Source of the DNA: Myxococcales bacterium
Lineage (GTDB): Bacteria; Desulfobacterota; Binatia; HRBIN30
Reading direction: 5' to 3'
Assembly: GCA_037445065.1 (NCBI GenBank)
Contig: JBBILD010000011.1
Coordinates: 32,001-96,000 of the forward strand
Length of the DNA: 64,000 nt
Part shown: positions 1-9,203 of the stretch, in pieces
Position numbering within the stretch: position 1 is the stretch's first letter
Layout: the number at the start of each line of letters is the position of its first letter
The notes under the pieces: model-generated
What the model was told of the DNA's origin: nothing
Database searches by the model: none
What the model saw: only the letters and a program-made list of their open reading frames with translations
Position numbers and translations under genes: made by a program

Positions 1-93
1 GTGGAAGAATTCGCAGGGAAGCACCCGCCGCTTGCTCCGCTCCCCCCGAGTGAACGCGCGCAGACGCTGGTGGATCGTTTCGTACGTTTCCAT
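1..93 (-). CDS. Possible N-terminal fragment of a CDS running off the left edge (METYETIHQRLRAFTRGERSKRRVLPCEFFH...)
   Basis: ATG at 93-91 and an open frame to position 1; divergent from the TetR gene; no recognisable family. Confidence 0.35.
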   Translation of the reverse strand, partial: METYETIHQRLRAFTRGERSKRRVLPCEFFH

Positions 94-263
94 CGGCAGT
101 TTTGGAAGCTCTGAGCCATCGCGGCGTCGTTGTGACCGCAGGCGAGTCCAGACGAAGGGCCGGGCACGGGTCGTGGAGTGCATTGCTGGCGACCGTTCGC
201 GCACACGTTCTGCTCGCCCGGGCGGGTTTTCCGGCGCATCGCGAGTTTCTATGTGAAGAAGCG

Positions 264-285
264 TTCTAGAAGAACTATTCGAGAA
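264..285. promoter_or_regulatory. Candidate TetR operator (imperfect inverted repeat)
   Basis: TTCTAGAA-N6-TTCGAGAA (7/8 match between arms), AT-rich, immediately before the TetR start. Confidence 0.4.
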
Positions 286-287
286 AC

Positions 288-968
288 GTGCACCTGTCGG
301 AGGTGAGGCAACGCCGTGCGCGACCGCGGCGGGCGGTGTTGCGGGAAAAGACGCGGGCCAGGCTCATGGCGGTAGGGCGCGTGGCCTTCGCTCAAAAAGG
401 GCTGGCGGCAACCAACCTGACCGATGATATCCTCGCGCCCGCTGGGGTTTCGGTCGGCTCGTTTTACCACCAGTTCGCGGACAAAACGGATTTGTTTTTG
501 GCAATCTTGCGGGAGCACTCGGAGTCCTTGCGGGCGCTCGTGCACGGGGTGGTGACGCTGGCCCCGGGCCGGGATCCTGCCCAGGTAGCGCGCGACTCGT
601 TTGCAGCGGTGTTCGCTGTGGTGGACCGCGAGGGCGATGTGTTTCGTATGCTGGCACGGGAAGCGGAAAGCCACGACCCGCGTGTGCGCTCCTACTTGCG
701 CGAGAACCACGCTGCCTGGGTCGAAGCGCTGGCCGAGGACTACTTGGCCTCCGGACTCTTACCGCTGCCCGAGCGGGCGGTGGCGGAGCGCTTGGCGGAA
801 CTCGTTCTCACCTTCACCATCGGTGCCGTGCGGCGGTACCTGGATTGGTCGGAAGCGGAACGCAAGCGCCGACGCGAGCGCTGGATCGAAGAGTTAGTTT
901 GTTTTTGCCTCGGTGGAATGAGTGCCTGGCTCGCCTCGCTCCACACCGATGCGAGGGGGAATTCTTGA
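288..968 (+). CDS. TetR/AcrR family transcriptional regulator
   Basis: N-terminal HTH 'AFAQKGLAATNLTDDILAPAGVSVGSFYHQFADKTDLF'. Confidence 0.9.
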   Translation: MHLSEVRQRRARPRRAVLREKTRARLMAVGRVAFAQKGLAATNLTDDILAPAGVSVGSFYHQFADKTDLFLAILREHSESLRALVHGVVTLAPGRDPAQVARDSFAAVFAVVDREGDVFRMLAREAESHDPRVRSYLRENHAAWVEALAEDYLASGLLPLPERAVAERLAELVLTFTIGAVRRYLDWSEAERKRRRERWIEELVCFCLGGMSAWLASLHTDARGNS

Positions 969-986
969 ATTGGAGGAGGTCTCATC

Positions 987-2249
987 ATGCAGTTCGGCAT
1001 CTTTTACGAACACCAGATTCCCCGGCCGTGGGGGGAGGACGACGAACACCGCTTGCTCAAGGAAGCTCTGGAGCAAGTGGAACTGGCCGACCGGCTCGGC
1101 ATTGATTACGCGTGGGAAGTGGAGCACCACTTCCTCGAAGAGTACTCGCACTCCTCGGCGCCGGAGGTGTTCCTGGCCGCGTGCAGCCAGCGTACCAAGC
1201 GCATCCGCTTGGGGCACGGCATCGTGCTGATGCCACCGAACTACAACCACCCGGCACGGGTGGCGGAACGCATTGCCACGCTCGACCTGGTGAGCGACGG
1301 GCGGGTGGATTGGGGAACTGGCGAGTCGAGTTCGCGCATCGAGCTCGAAGGGTTCAACATCAACTACATGGAAAAGCGCGACATGTGGATGGAAGCGGTG
1401 CGGGAGGCGGCCAAGATGATGGTGGCCGAGCCCTACCCAGGCTACCAAGGGCGCTACTTCTCGATGCCGCACCGGAATGTGGTGCCGAAGCCCTTGCAAA
1501 AACCGCATCCGCCTCTGTGGCTCGCCTGTTCCAACCGTGACACGATTCGACTGGCAGCCCGTCTCGGCATGGGTGCTCTGACCTTTGCCTTCGTGGATCC
1601 GAGCGACGCCAAGTATTGGGTGGATGAGTACTACAACACGTTCAAGAACGAGTGCGAACCGATTGGCCGGGCGGTAAATCCGAATGTGGCGATGGTCACC
1701 GGCTTCATGTGCCACGAGGACAGCTCAGTTGCGTTGGCGCGCGGCATGGAGGGCTTCCGCTTCTTTGGGTACGCGCTTATGCACTACTACATCACCGGAA
1801 CCCACGTGCCGGGCCGCTTCAACATCTGGGAGGATTTCAAAAAGAACTCGAGCCCGGATACCTGGGGTGGCCCCACCGGCGGCATCGGCAACCCCGACGA
1901 AGTGCGCGCAAGTCTCGAGAAATTCGAAGAAATGGGCGTGGATCAGGTGATCTTTATCCAGCAGGGCGGGCGCAACCAGCACGAGCATATCTGCGAATCG
2001 CTGGAGTTGTTCGCGGCCAGGGTGCTGCCCGACTTCAAAGAACGCCAAGAGCGGTGGCAGCAACGCAAGGCAGAAGAGTTGGCACCTTACATCGAAAAAG
2101 CGATGGCAAAGGTGCCGCCCTTGCCGGAGATGAAAGAGGTACCACCGGTGGAGTCGTATCCAGTCCTGCTACAAAAAATGGGTGCCGAAGTGACTGAAGC
2201 GACGATCGGCAAGAAGCTGGCCGAATCTGTTTCTGGAGCGATTTCCTGA
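987..2249 (+). CDS. LLM-class (luciferase-like) flavin-dependent oxidoreductase
   Basis: 'WEVEHHFLEEYSHSSAPEVFLAACSQRTKRIRLGHG', 'HPARVAERIATLDLVSDGRVDWGTG', 'PKPLQKPHPPLW'; GGAGGAGG RBS. Confidence 0.92.
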   Translation: MQFGIFYEHQIPRPWGEDDEHRLLKEALEQVELADRLGIDYAWEVEHHFLEEYSHSSAPEVFLAACSQRTKRIRLGHGIVLMPPNYNHPARVAERIATLDLVSDGRVDWGTGESSSRIELEGFNINYMEKRDMWMEAVREAAKMMVAEPYPGYQGRYFSMPHRNVVPKPLQKPHPPLWLACSNRDTIRLAARLGMGALTFAFVDPSDAKYWVDEYYNTFKNECEPIGRAVNPNVAMVTGFMCHEDSSVALARGMEGFRFFGYALMHYYITGTHVPGRFNIWEDFKKNSSPDTWGGPTGGIGNPDEVRASLEKFEEMGVDQVIFIQQGGRNQHEHICESLELFAARVLPDFKERQERWQQRKAEELAPYIEKAMAKVPPLPEMKEVPPVESYPVLLQKMGAEVTEATIGKKLAESVSGAIS

Positions 2250-2269
2250 GCGCTTCAGCCGAGCGGGCG

Positions 2270-3460
2270 CTAAGCACGCGGACGGCCGACTTGCCACTTT
2301 TGCTGGCGGGCAATCTCGCGCAGCAGGATGCGCACCCTCGCTGCCGTGTCCTCGTCGGGTCGGCCGCGCATGGCGGCCACCAGGTGCTGGTACGCGAGCG
2401 TCGGCTCGTCCATCTCGCGGAGAAGGATTTCTGCCGCTGCCACGTGTAGCGCTGGGGCGGCTGTGCTGTCGGACTGCGCGCGCAACACGTGCAACAGCAC
2501 GGCAAGTGCGGCCCGCGCTTGGCCTTGCGCTTCCAGCCACTCGGCAAGCAAGAGCACATCTTCCGGGTCGAGGGCGCGAACCTGCGCGTGGTCGAGGCGG
2601 AAAAGCAGGTTGGCGGCACGTTCCATTTCCCGGGCGCGGATAAGGGCAGTCACGTGCTCCGCATCGCGGACTCCCGCATCGGCCTCTTTGCGCGCAAGCT
2701 GTCGCGGCAGGCGCTCGAACTCCGTCTTATCGAACCAGATGGCGGCTGCGAACCCGGCCAAGAAGCCGCCGATGTGCGCGCCAAACGCGACCCCTGTCCC
2801 GTCGCCTCCGTAGGTGATGAGGAAAGGCAGGAGGTTGTCAATGACCAGGTAAAACCCGAGCACGAGCCGCGCCGGCAAATAGACGACGTTCATGAAGAAC
2901 GGGAAAATCAGCAGCAGCAGGCGCACACGGTTGTACGGGAACCAACGGAAATAAAAGCCCAGCACCCCCGAGATCGCCCCCGAAGCTCCTACCAGTGGTA
3001 GGTACGACGAGGAAAAGAAAAACGCGTGAAACAGCGTGGCAGCAGCGCCAGTAATCAAATACCAGAGCAAGAACCGCAGGTGGCCGAGGCGATGCTCGAC
3101 GTTGTCGCCGTAAATCCACAGGAAGAGCATGTTGCCGAACAGGTGCAGAAAATTGGCGTGCAGAAACATGCTCGTGAACAGATCGCTGATCTGGGGCGCC
3201 GCAGGCTTAAAGCCGTGCATGTACACGAAAAGATCGTACGCGCTGAGCTGCCGCAGGATTTGCTCGAGCGGCAAACGATGGCCGAGTTGCCGCCGCAGCA
3301 CCTCGACGTACTCTGCAAACACCGGGCTGGCCGGGTCGGCGGGGGCGATGCTCAAGGGCAGGGTGAACAACAGGTACACGGCCACATTGGTGGCCAGCAG
3401 CAGGTAATTCACCCACGGGATGTCCCGTGGGTTGGGGTCGTCGGAGAGAGGAAGAACCAC
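2270..3460 (-). CDS. Rhomboid intramembrane serine protease with a C-terminal helical (TPR-like) extension
   Basis: 'SMFLHANFLHLFGNMLFLWIYG', catalytic 'GASGA' and 'AHIGGF'. Confidence 0.9.
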   Translation of the reverse strand: MVLPLSDDPNPRDIPWVNYLLLATNVAVYLLFTLPLSIAPADPASPVFAEYVEVLRRQLGHRLPLEQILRQLSAYDLFVYMHGFKPAAPQISDLFTSMFLHANFLHLFGNMLFLWIYGDNVEHRLGHLRFLLWYLITGAAATLFHAFFFSSSYLPLVGASGAISGVLGFYFRWFPYNRVRLLLLIFPFFMNVVYLPARLVLGFYLVIDNLLPFLITYGGDGTGVAFGAHIGGFLAGFAAAIWFDKTEFERLPRQLARKEADAGVRDAEHVTALIRAREMERAANLLFRLDHAQVRALDPEDVLLLAEWLEAQGQARAALAVLLHVLRAQSDSTAAPALHVAAAEILLREMDEPTLAYQHLVAAMRGRPDEDTAARVRILLREIARQQKWQVGRPRA

Positions 3461-3483
3461 GGAACTGCCCCGTCTCGTCTGCC

Positions 3484-4308
3484 TTAGCGGCCGCGGAATT
3501 GAGGAGCACGTTTCTCCAAAAACGCGCTGACTCCCTCGCGGAAATCCTCGGTGGAAAAGCAGCCCACCATCTCGCGGTCCGCCTCCCGCAAGGCGGACTC
3601 CAAATCAGCAAACTGACTCGCGAAGATCTGCCGCTTCATGATGCGCAGCGAGCGGGGGGAGCATTGGGTCGCGAGTTCACGCGCCCACGCGTGTGCCTCG
3701 GGGTAGAGAGCCTCGTGTGCAACCACCCGGTTGACGAGACCCATCGCGAGGGCTTCCTGCGCGTCCACGAAACGGCCCGTGTACAGGAGATCGACCGCGC
3801 GGGCAAGACCCACAAGCCGCGGCAACAGCCAAGCCGACCCATGCTCGGCAATCAGCCCGCGGCGTGGAAACAGAAAGGCAAAGCGGGCTTGATCGGAGGC
3901 GATGCGCAAATCGTAAAATAGCGGATAGGTGGCGCCGAGCCCCGCGGCGACGCCATTGATCACGCCGATCACGGGCTTGGACAAGCCGAGGGGGTAACTG
4001 TACTCGCCGCGCCAAGCGGCTGGTAGCGAGGGGTCGAATTCCACCCGCAACTCGGGCGGTGCCTCGCCCACCTCTGCGCTGCCGCTTTGCACGGACTGCA
4101 GAAAGTCCATGTCCGCCCCCGCGCAGTACCCGCGCCCCGCACCGGTGACCAGAATCACCCGCACCCGCTCGTCGTGCTCCGCCTGCCACATCGCATGGCG
4201 CACTTCGAAGCCCATGCGCACTGTCCAGGCGTTGAGCTTATCGGGCCGATTGAGCGTGATGCTCGCCAGCGGTGGTTCCACTCGATACAGGATTTGCTCG
4301 TACGGCAT
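3484..4308 (-). CDS. Enoyl-CoA hydratase/isomerase (crotonase) family
   Basis: Start MPYEQILY after GGAGGAGG; 'TLNRPDKLNA', 'YCAGADM', 'KPVIGVINGVAAGLG', 'DFREGVSAFLEKRAPQF'. Confidence 0.9.
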   Translation of the reverse strand: MPYEQILYRVEPPLASITLNRPDKLNAWTVRMGFEVRHAMWQAEHDERVRVILVTGAGRGYCAGADMDFLQSVQSGSAEVGEAPPELRVEFDPSLPAAWRGEYSYPLGLSKPVIGVINGVAAGLGATYPLFYDLRIASDQARFAFLFPRRGLIAEHGSAWLLPRLVGLARAVDLLYTGRFVDAQEALAMGLVNRVVAHEALYPEAHAWARELATQCSPRSLRIMKRQIFASQFADLESALREADREMVGCFSTEDFREGVSAFLEKRAPQFRGR

Positions 4309-4354
4309 GTCCTCCTCCGCAGCGCGCGCTAGCGCGCTGTCTATGCTCAAGCAA

Positions 4355-5365
4355 CTAGCTACCTGGAAACCCGTCCACGTCCCAGCCGCGCAAGTCGATC
4401 GCCCACCGCTCGATGACTTGCTCTCCGTCTGCGAGCAACGCGTACGGATGATACGCCACCGTGGGGTCGATGTGGGCAGGCCACACGCGAACCCGGTCCC
4501 CCACGCGAAGTGGCTGGTGCGGTGCAAAGGTGATGTGTTCGTCGGAGCAAAACCACACGGTGGCATCTTGGATACTCGGGTTGCCGTGGTCCATCCCCAG
4601 CGCTTTGAGCCCGCAGTCGGCCACCGCGTAGTCGCGGCTCACGGAGATCACGGTGGCGAGCACGAAAGCGGCCTGGCGGAAGGGCAAACCGAGAGCCGCG
4701 TACTGGGTGTCCATGAGTGCATACGAGCCCGCCTGGATCTCACTCGCCCACGAGTTGAGGTCGTAGGTTCCGGTACCACCGGCAGAAACGATCTCGCCGC
4801 CGACCTGCCGGTGAGCTTCGAGTAGGGTTCGCATACTCGCCGCGCACAGCTCAGCCCGCAGGCTACGGTCGCTCAGCCCCACGGCGTGGCCCTCGTAGCC
4901 CATAACCCCGCGTACCGTGAGACCCCGCTTGCGCGCCAGTTCGGCGAGCGGCCCGGCTTCTTCCACCGCACAGCCGCAACGGGGCAGCCCCACCTGCACG
5001 TCAATGAGGACCTGCTCGATGCCTGCCGCTGCCGCCGCCTCGATGGTCGCGGGCGAGTCCACCGCCACCATGACGGGCAACCCCCTGAGTGTTCGCAACC
5101 TCTGCACATCCACGACCTCGTTGGCGAGCAAGTAACTTTCGCCGACACCGGCACGCGCAAGCCCAATGATTTCGCGTACCGTGGCTGCGCAAAAGTGATG
5201 ATGTCCGTAAGCTTGCTGGCGGCGGGCCAAGGCGGTGCACTTGTGCGCCTTAACGTGCGGGCGCAGACGCGCTCCCGGCAGCGCCTTGGCCATGCTTGCT
5301 AGGTTGTGCTCCAGCGCCGCCGTGTCGATCACGAGCGCCGGAGTGGAAACGTCCGCTAGAAGCAT
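4355..5365 (-). CDS. Fold-type III PLP enzyme, D-threonine aldolase/DSD1-like (alanine racemase superfamily)
   Basis: 'TPALVID', PLP lysine in 'LRPHVKAHK', 'GYEGH', 'GGTGT', 'EIQAGSYALMD', metal motif 'HIDPT'. Confidence 0.85.
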   Translation of the reverse strand: MLLADVSTPALVIDTAALEHNLASMAKALPGARLRPHVKAHKCTALARRQQAYGHHHFCAATVREIIGLARAGVGESYLLANEVVDVQRLRTLRGLPVMVAVDSPATIEAAAAAGIEQVLIDVQVGLPRCGCAVEEAGPLAELARKRGLTVRGVMGYEGHAVGLSDRSLRAELCAASMRTLLEAHRQVGGEIVSAGGTGTYDLNSWASEIQAGSYALMDTQYAALGLPFRQAAFVLATVISVSRDYAVADCGLKALGMDHGNPSIQDATVWFCSDEHITFAPHQPLRVGDRVRVWPAHIDPTVAYHPYALLADGEQVIERWAIDLRGWDVDGFPGS

Positions 5366-5368
5366 GCC

Positions 5369-5923
5369 TTACTCTGCTCTGCGCGAGGCTTCGGCGAGCC
5401 CAGCAAACGGCTCGTCCAGGTCCACCTCGCAGCTCTCCAGCACCCGCGCCAGCATGGCGTAGAATCCGGTAACGATCATAGCCTCTACGATTTCCCGCGG
5501 GCGGAAATGCACTTGTAGTGCCTGCCATGTTTCCTGGCTGCACTTTGCGCCCGCTAGCCACTCCCGGGTGGCCTGCAGCAAGAGCTGCTGGCGCGGGTCG
5601 AACGCAGGGGAGGCGGTTTCGCCGGCTTCGACGGCCCGAACGTGCTCCTCATCGAGCCCCACGGCTCGAGCCAGCGGGACGTGCTGGATCCACTCGTACT
5701 GGCAGCCGAGCTCGCGAGCGACGAGCAAGATGATCAGTTCGCGGAGTTGGGGCGAGAGTTCGAGGTCGGACAAAATCGCCGTGCCGAGGCGCAGCCAGCC
5801 CGGAAAACAGGTGGGGGCGTGGGCCATCATGCGAAACACGTTCAGGCGTACGGGCAAGCGTTCGAGCAGCGTGCGTGTTTCGGCTGGCAGTTGTTGTTCG
5901 TTCGGGTAGGGTAATCGAGCCAT
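5369..5923 (-). CDS. Carboxymuconolactone decarboxylase (AhpD-like) family protein
   Basis: 'LNVFRMMAH', 'LRELIILLVA...CQYEWIQHVPLARAVGL'. Confidence 0.85.
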   Translation of the reverse strand: MARLPYPNEQQLPAETRTLLERLPVRLNVFRMMAHAPTCFPGWLRLGTAILSDLELSPQLRELIILLVARELGCQYEWIQHVPLARAVGLDEEHVRAVEAGETASPAFDPRQQLLLQATREWLAGAKCSQETWQALQVHFRPREIVEAMIVTGFYAMLARVLESCEVDLDEPFAGLAEASRRAE

Positions 5924-5944
5924 CGGCCACCTCCTGGCTCGCCA

Positions 5945-5961
5945 CGCACGGCGAGTGCCAG
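5945..5961 (-). promoter_or_regulatory. Candidate sigma54 (-24/-12) promoter for the CMD gene
   Basis: Minus strand CTGGCACTCGCCGTGCG, GG-N10-GC, just upstream of the AGGAGG RBS. Confidence 0.55.
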
Positions 5962-6069
5962 TGCGTACCTGCCAGCAGGCGCATCTTTGGGCAAGAGAGC
6001 GGCGGGCCGTGGATCGGTCCGAGTGGAGTGCAGAAAGGCGGGCAGATGCGCCGCAGCGGCTCGGCGTGC

Positions 6070-6351
6070 TCAGTGCCGGTAGCCGTAGAGCCAGCGTGCT
6101 TCCGTGCCGCCGATGTTGCGCACCGTGTGCACGGTGTGCGCCGGGATGAGGACTTCTTCGCCAATTGCAGGGCGGACCACCTTGCCGCCTATCTCCAGTT
6201 CGATCGAGCCGTCAACGAGCATCACGAGCTCGTCCACATCGTGCACGAAGTTTCGCCACACTTGCCCGGGAGGGTCCACCCACAGCGCGCAGGAAAAGCC
6301 GCGCCGGTTCCAATCGCGGCGAACCGCTTCGCTGTCTACGCGAGGTTGCAT
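6070..6351 (-). CDS. Small cupin-domain protein
   Basis: 'FVHDVDELVMLVDG' and 'IPAHTVHTVRN' cupin motifs; ATG at 6351 (GTG at 6357 is an alternative). Confidence 0.85.
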   Translation of the reverse strand: MQPRVDSEAVRRDWNRRGFSCALWVDPPGQVWRNFVHDVDELVMLVDGSIELEIGGKVVRPAIGEEVLIPAHTVHTVRNIGGTEARWLYGYRH

Positions 6352-6468
6352 GGCCACGACGCCTGTTCGGCAATTGTCGTTTCCTGGCGCGAATGGAGTG
6401 CCGGATTTGGTTGTGAGAGTTGCCCGGGTAACCTCGGTTTTGCGCGGCCTCGCACGGTGCCCGCCCGT

Positions 6469-7164
6469 TCAGACCCGATCGGCGTAGGTGGCGCGATCCA
6501 CCCGTTCGAAGTACGCGCGAAGCGACGGGAGCTGCGCCAAAACTTCCTGCCCGATGGTCGAATCCGCGATGCACTCGGCTTGGCAGACGATGGCAATGTC
6601 AGCCAAGCTGAGCGCGCGCCCGACCACGTACCCGGTCTCCGCTTGCAGCCGATCAATCGTCGAAAACAAGCGCTCTACATCCTTTCGCAGTTGCGCCTTG
6701 GGTTTCCTGCCCACGCCTTGGGTTTCTGTCACCTGGCGGAAGTTCTCTTGCAACATCGGGGCGAGCATTTCGGCGACCTCGCGGGGGGTATCGCCCACGA
6801 CCTTGGGCAAATTCCGCGCGAAGTCCTCGGCGCCAAAGCGCAGGCACATCTCGTAAAAGTAGAGCGACTCGTCGGCCCAGTCCTCCAGGGCCAGCACGAG
6901 GGCCCGCTCCCGCTCGTCGGCGGGAAGCAGGGGAGGTTGGGGCACGCGCCGTTCGACTTCGAGGGCGATGTCGGTCGAGTCGGCAATGATCTCGCCCTCC
7001 CACTCGATGAACGGCAACTTCCCGGTGGGGTTCTTCTCGCGAATCGCCGGAACTTCGGTCAGCGGCCACTCGTGGATCGAGAACGGGATGCCCTTGTAGC
7101 GCAGGACGCGACGGATTTTGTCGCAAAACGGAGACACCGCGAACTGATGTAACACCAGCATCAT
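6469..7164 (-). CDS. Glutathione S-transferase family protein
   Basis: 'SPFCDKIRRVLRYKGIPF', 'NPTGKLP', 'DSTDIA', C-terminal 'LSLADIA'. Confidence 0.88.
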   Translation of the reverse strand: MMLVLHQFAVSPFCDKIRRVLRYKGIPFSIHEWPLTEVPAIREKNPTGKLPFIEWEGEIIADSTDIALEVERRVPQPPLLPADERERALVLALEDWADESLYFYEMCLRFGAEDFARNLPKVVGDTPREVAEMLAPMLQENFRQVTETQGVGRKPKAQLRKDVERLFSTIDRLQAETGYVVGRALSLADIAIVCQAECIADSTIGQEVLAQLPSLRAYFERVDRATYADRV

Positions 7165-7176
7165 TGGCTCCTCGAA

Positions 7177-8268
7177 CTAGACGGTTTTGCGCTCCGCAGC
7201 CTCTTTGGCTCGGAAGAATAAAAACTCCGCGGCTTGCTCGAAACTCCGAAAGCGCTCGTCTTTGGTTTGACCGAGGTGGAAGCGGTGGTAGATCTGCTGC
7301 AGCACCACTGCCATTTTGAACAGGCCGAAGACGTAGTAGTACGGCACCTGGGACACATCCACGCCGTGCCGCCGCCCGTAGCGTTCCACAGCCTCGGCGC
7401 GGGTCATGAAACCGGGCGTGTTGGACGGCATGCCGACCGGCCCGCCTCCGCTGCCTGCAGGCACCTCTCGTTCCTCGATCCAGGCGGTGAGCAGGGTACC
7501 GAGGTCGCAGAGCGGATCCCCGACCGTACACATGTCCCAGTCGAACACCGCCACGCAGCGGCCCGGATCGTCGGCGGCCAGCATCATGTTGTCCAAGCGC
7601 CAGTCGTTATGCAGCAAGGTGGGGCGAGGTGAGGCTGGCAGGTGCTGGCGGAGCCAGTCATGCAGCTCGTAGGCAAGCGGCATGTCCTTGGTCTTCGCCC
7701 GTTCGAAGCGAGCCATCCAGCCGTCTACTTGGCGCAAGAGGAAACCCTCGGGCTTGCCGATCTTGTCGAGCCCGACGCTGGCCGGATCCACAGCGTGCAA
7801 GTCCGCCAAGGCGTCAATCAGGACCTCGCTGATCTTGCGGTTTACCTGCGGGTCCTTGCCGCCGCCCCATTGTTCCGGAATCGTCCGGCGCACCACGATG
7901 CCGTAGCGCCGCTCCATCACGAAGAACGGGGCACCGATCACCGCGGGGTCGTCACAAAAGAAAAACGCACGCGGCGCCAACGGGTACGCCTGATAGAGCA
8001 CGGAGAGGCAACGGTATTCGCGCGCCATGTCGTGCGCGCCGGGAGCGACCGGACCGAGCGGAGGGCGCCGCAAGACGTATTCGACCCCTGGGTAGCGCAG
8101 CAGGTACGTCAGGTTCGCATGACCGCCTGCGAATTGAACGATCTCGAGCGGTCCGTCGGAGCCAGGCAATTTGCCGCGCAAAAAGGCGGCGAGGCGGTCG
8201 TGATCGAAGTCTTCGTCCGGGCGAATCGGAATGGTTTCGGGCGGATCCGTGATCTTTTGTTCCGACAT
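7177..8268 (-). CDS. APH/choline-kinase-like phosphotransferase (ACAD10/11 kinase-domain type)
   Basis: 'GGHANLTY', 'VLRRPPLG', 'HDMAREY', 'HNDWRLDN', 'DWDMCTVGDPLCDLG'. Confidence 0.88.
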   Translation of the reverse strand: MSEQKITDPPETIPIRPDEDFDHDRLAAFLRGKLPGSDGPLEIVQFAGGHANLTYLLRYPGVEYVLRRPPLGPVAPGAHDMAREYRCLSVLYQAYPLAPRAFFFCDDPAVIGAPFFVMERRYGIVVRRTIPEQWGGGKDPQVNRKISEVLIDALADLHAVDPASVGLDKIGKPEGFLLRQVDGWMARFERAKTKDMPLAYELHDWLRQHLPASPRPTLLHNDWRLDNMMLAADDPGRCVAVFDWDMCTVGDPLCDLGTLLTAWIEEREVPAGSGGGPVGMPSNTPGFMTRAEAVERYGRRHGVDVSQVPYYYVFGLFKMAVVLQQIYHRFHLGQTKDERFRSFEQAAEFLFFRAKEAAERKTV

Positions 8269-8301
8269 GGGCTTGTTTCCTGGCGAGTTTCACAGTCTCG
8301 T

Positions 8302-8838
8302 TCAAGCTGGAGGGCGGCCCTTCATGGCGTAAATGCGCTCGATCTCGATCGCCAGCGCCACCGTCCGCCGTGGTCGCCCACTGGCACCGGGTCGCGTCTC
8401 GCGTTCCGTACCGGGGATTTCGCGAGCCCGCCCGTACACGATGGCCACTGCCCCGTGGGGGCCCCAGGTGGTGAGGGCCACGTGCGGGTTTCGAGCCAAG
8501 TCGCGTCGGCGCACTGCGTTGACGTAGATGGTCGAGCGTAGCTCGCCCGCGACAAGTTCGGCATGCACCGGGGCGATGTGCGGTTTGCCACCGGGCCCGA
8601 CGGTGGCCATGGCCTTGAGGGAGGCCGTGTTCCAAAACTCCGCGAACTCGCGCGCGCTCATCCTCCGGTCGGCGCGGTCGAAAGTCTCTCGCACCGCCTC
8701 CCCCGCGCGCTCCCGACTGCGGTCGAGAATCTCTTGCAGTCGGAGAAAGACTTCCGGCGGCCACCGCTGCGGGTCGCGCTCCTCCGGTGTGGCCCCAGCG
8801 ATAATGGGTTGCCTGCACGGTTTTTTGCGTTCCTCCAT
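8302..8838 (-). CDS. Pyridoxamine 5'-phosphate oxidase-like (split-barrel flavin/F420-binding) protein
   Basis: Start MEERKK after AGGAGGGAG; 'MATVGPGGKPHIAPV', 'RDLARNPHVAL'. Confidence 0.72.
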   Translation of the reverse strand: MEERKKPCRQPIIAGATPEERDPQRWPPEVFLRLQEILDRSRERAGEAVRETFDRADRRMSAREFAEFWNTASLKAMATVGPGGKPHIAPVHAELVAGELRSTIYVNAVRRRDLARNPHVALTTWGPHGAVAIVYGRAREIPGTERETRPGASGRPRRTVALAIEIERIYAMKGRPPA

Positions 8839-9203
8839 CGCTCCCTCCTGGACGCTCACCTCGCTTTCATAGCTGAGCGTGGGAGGCCCTTCTGGCCTAC
8901 AATGGCGAGTCGCCTCCTTTAGCGAACCCCCAACGTGGAAGGCATTGTCGCGCCCGTCGTGCCGAGCGCGTGCCTCGTTTGCACCGCCGCCGCTGCGCTC
9001 TGAAACGGCCGGTAGGATCGGATCCACCGAACTCGGTTTGTCGGGTCGTGCAGATGCAGGACGTGCGGCACGCCGAGCGGACTCGCCGTGTGCCGAGATG
9101 GCCTTGAGGATGAAGAACACGGGCCGGGCGTTTTGCACGCGGACGCGAGCCCGGCAGTTGGCAATTGAGCGGCGCTGCCATCGCTGGTAGCTTGCCCTAG
9201 GCG

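Noticed and set aside
2270..3460. Rhomboid as the sorting enzyme for the FG-GAP tails
   Set aside because: It lies 32 kb away, and Cys-containing tails are not the GlyGly-CTERM type processed by rhombosortase
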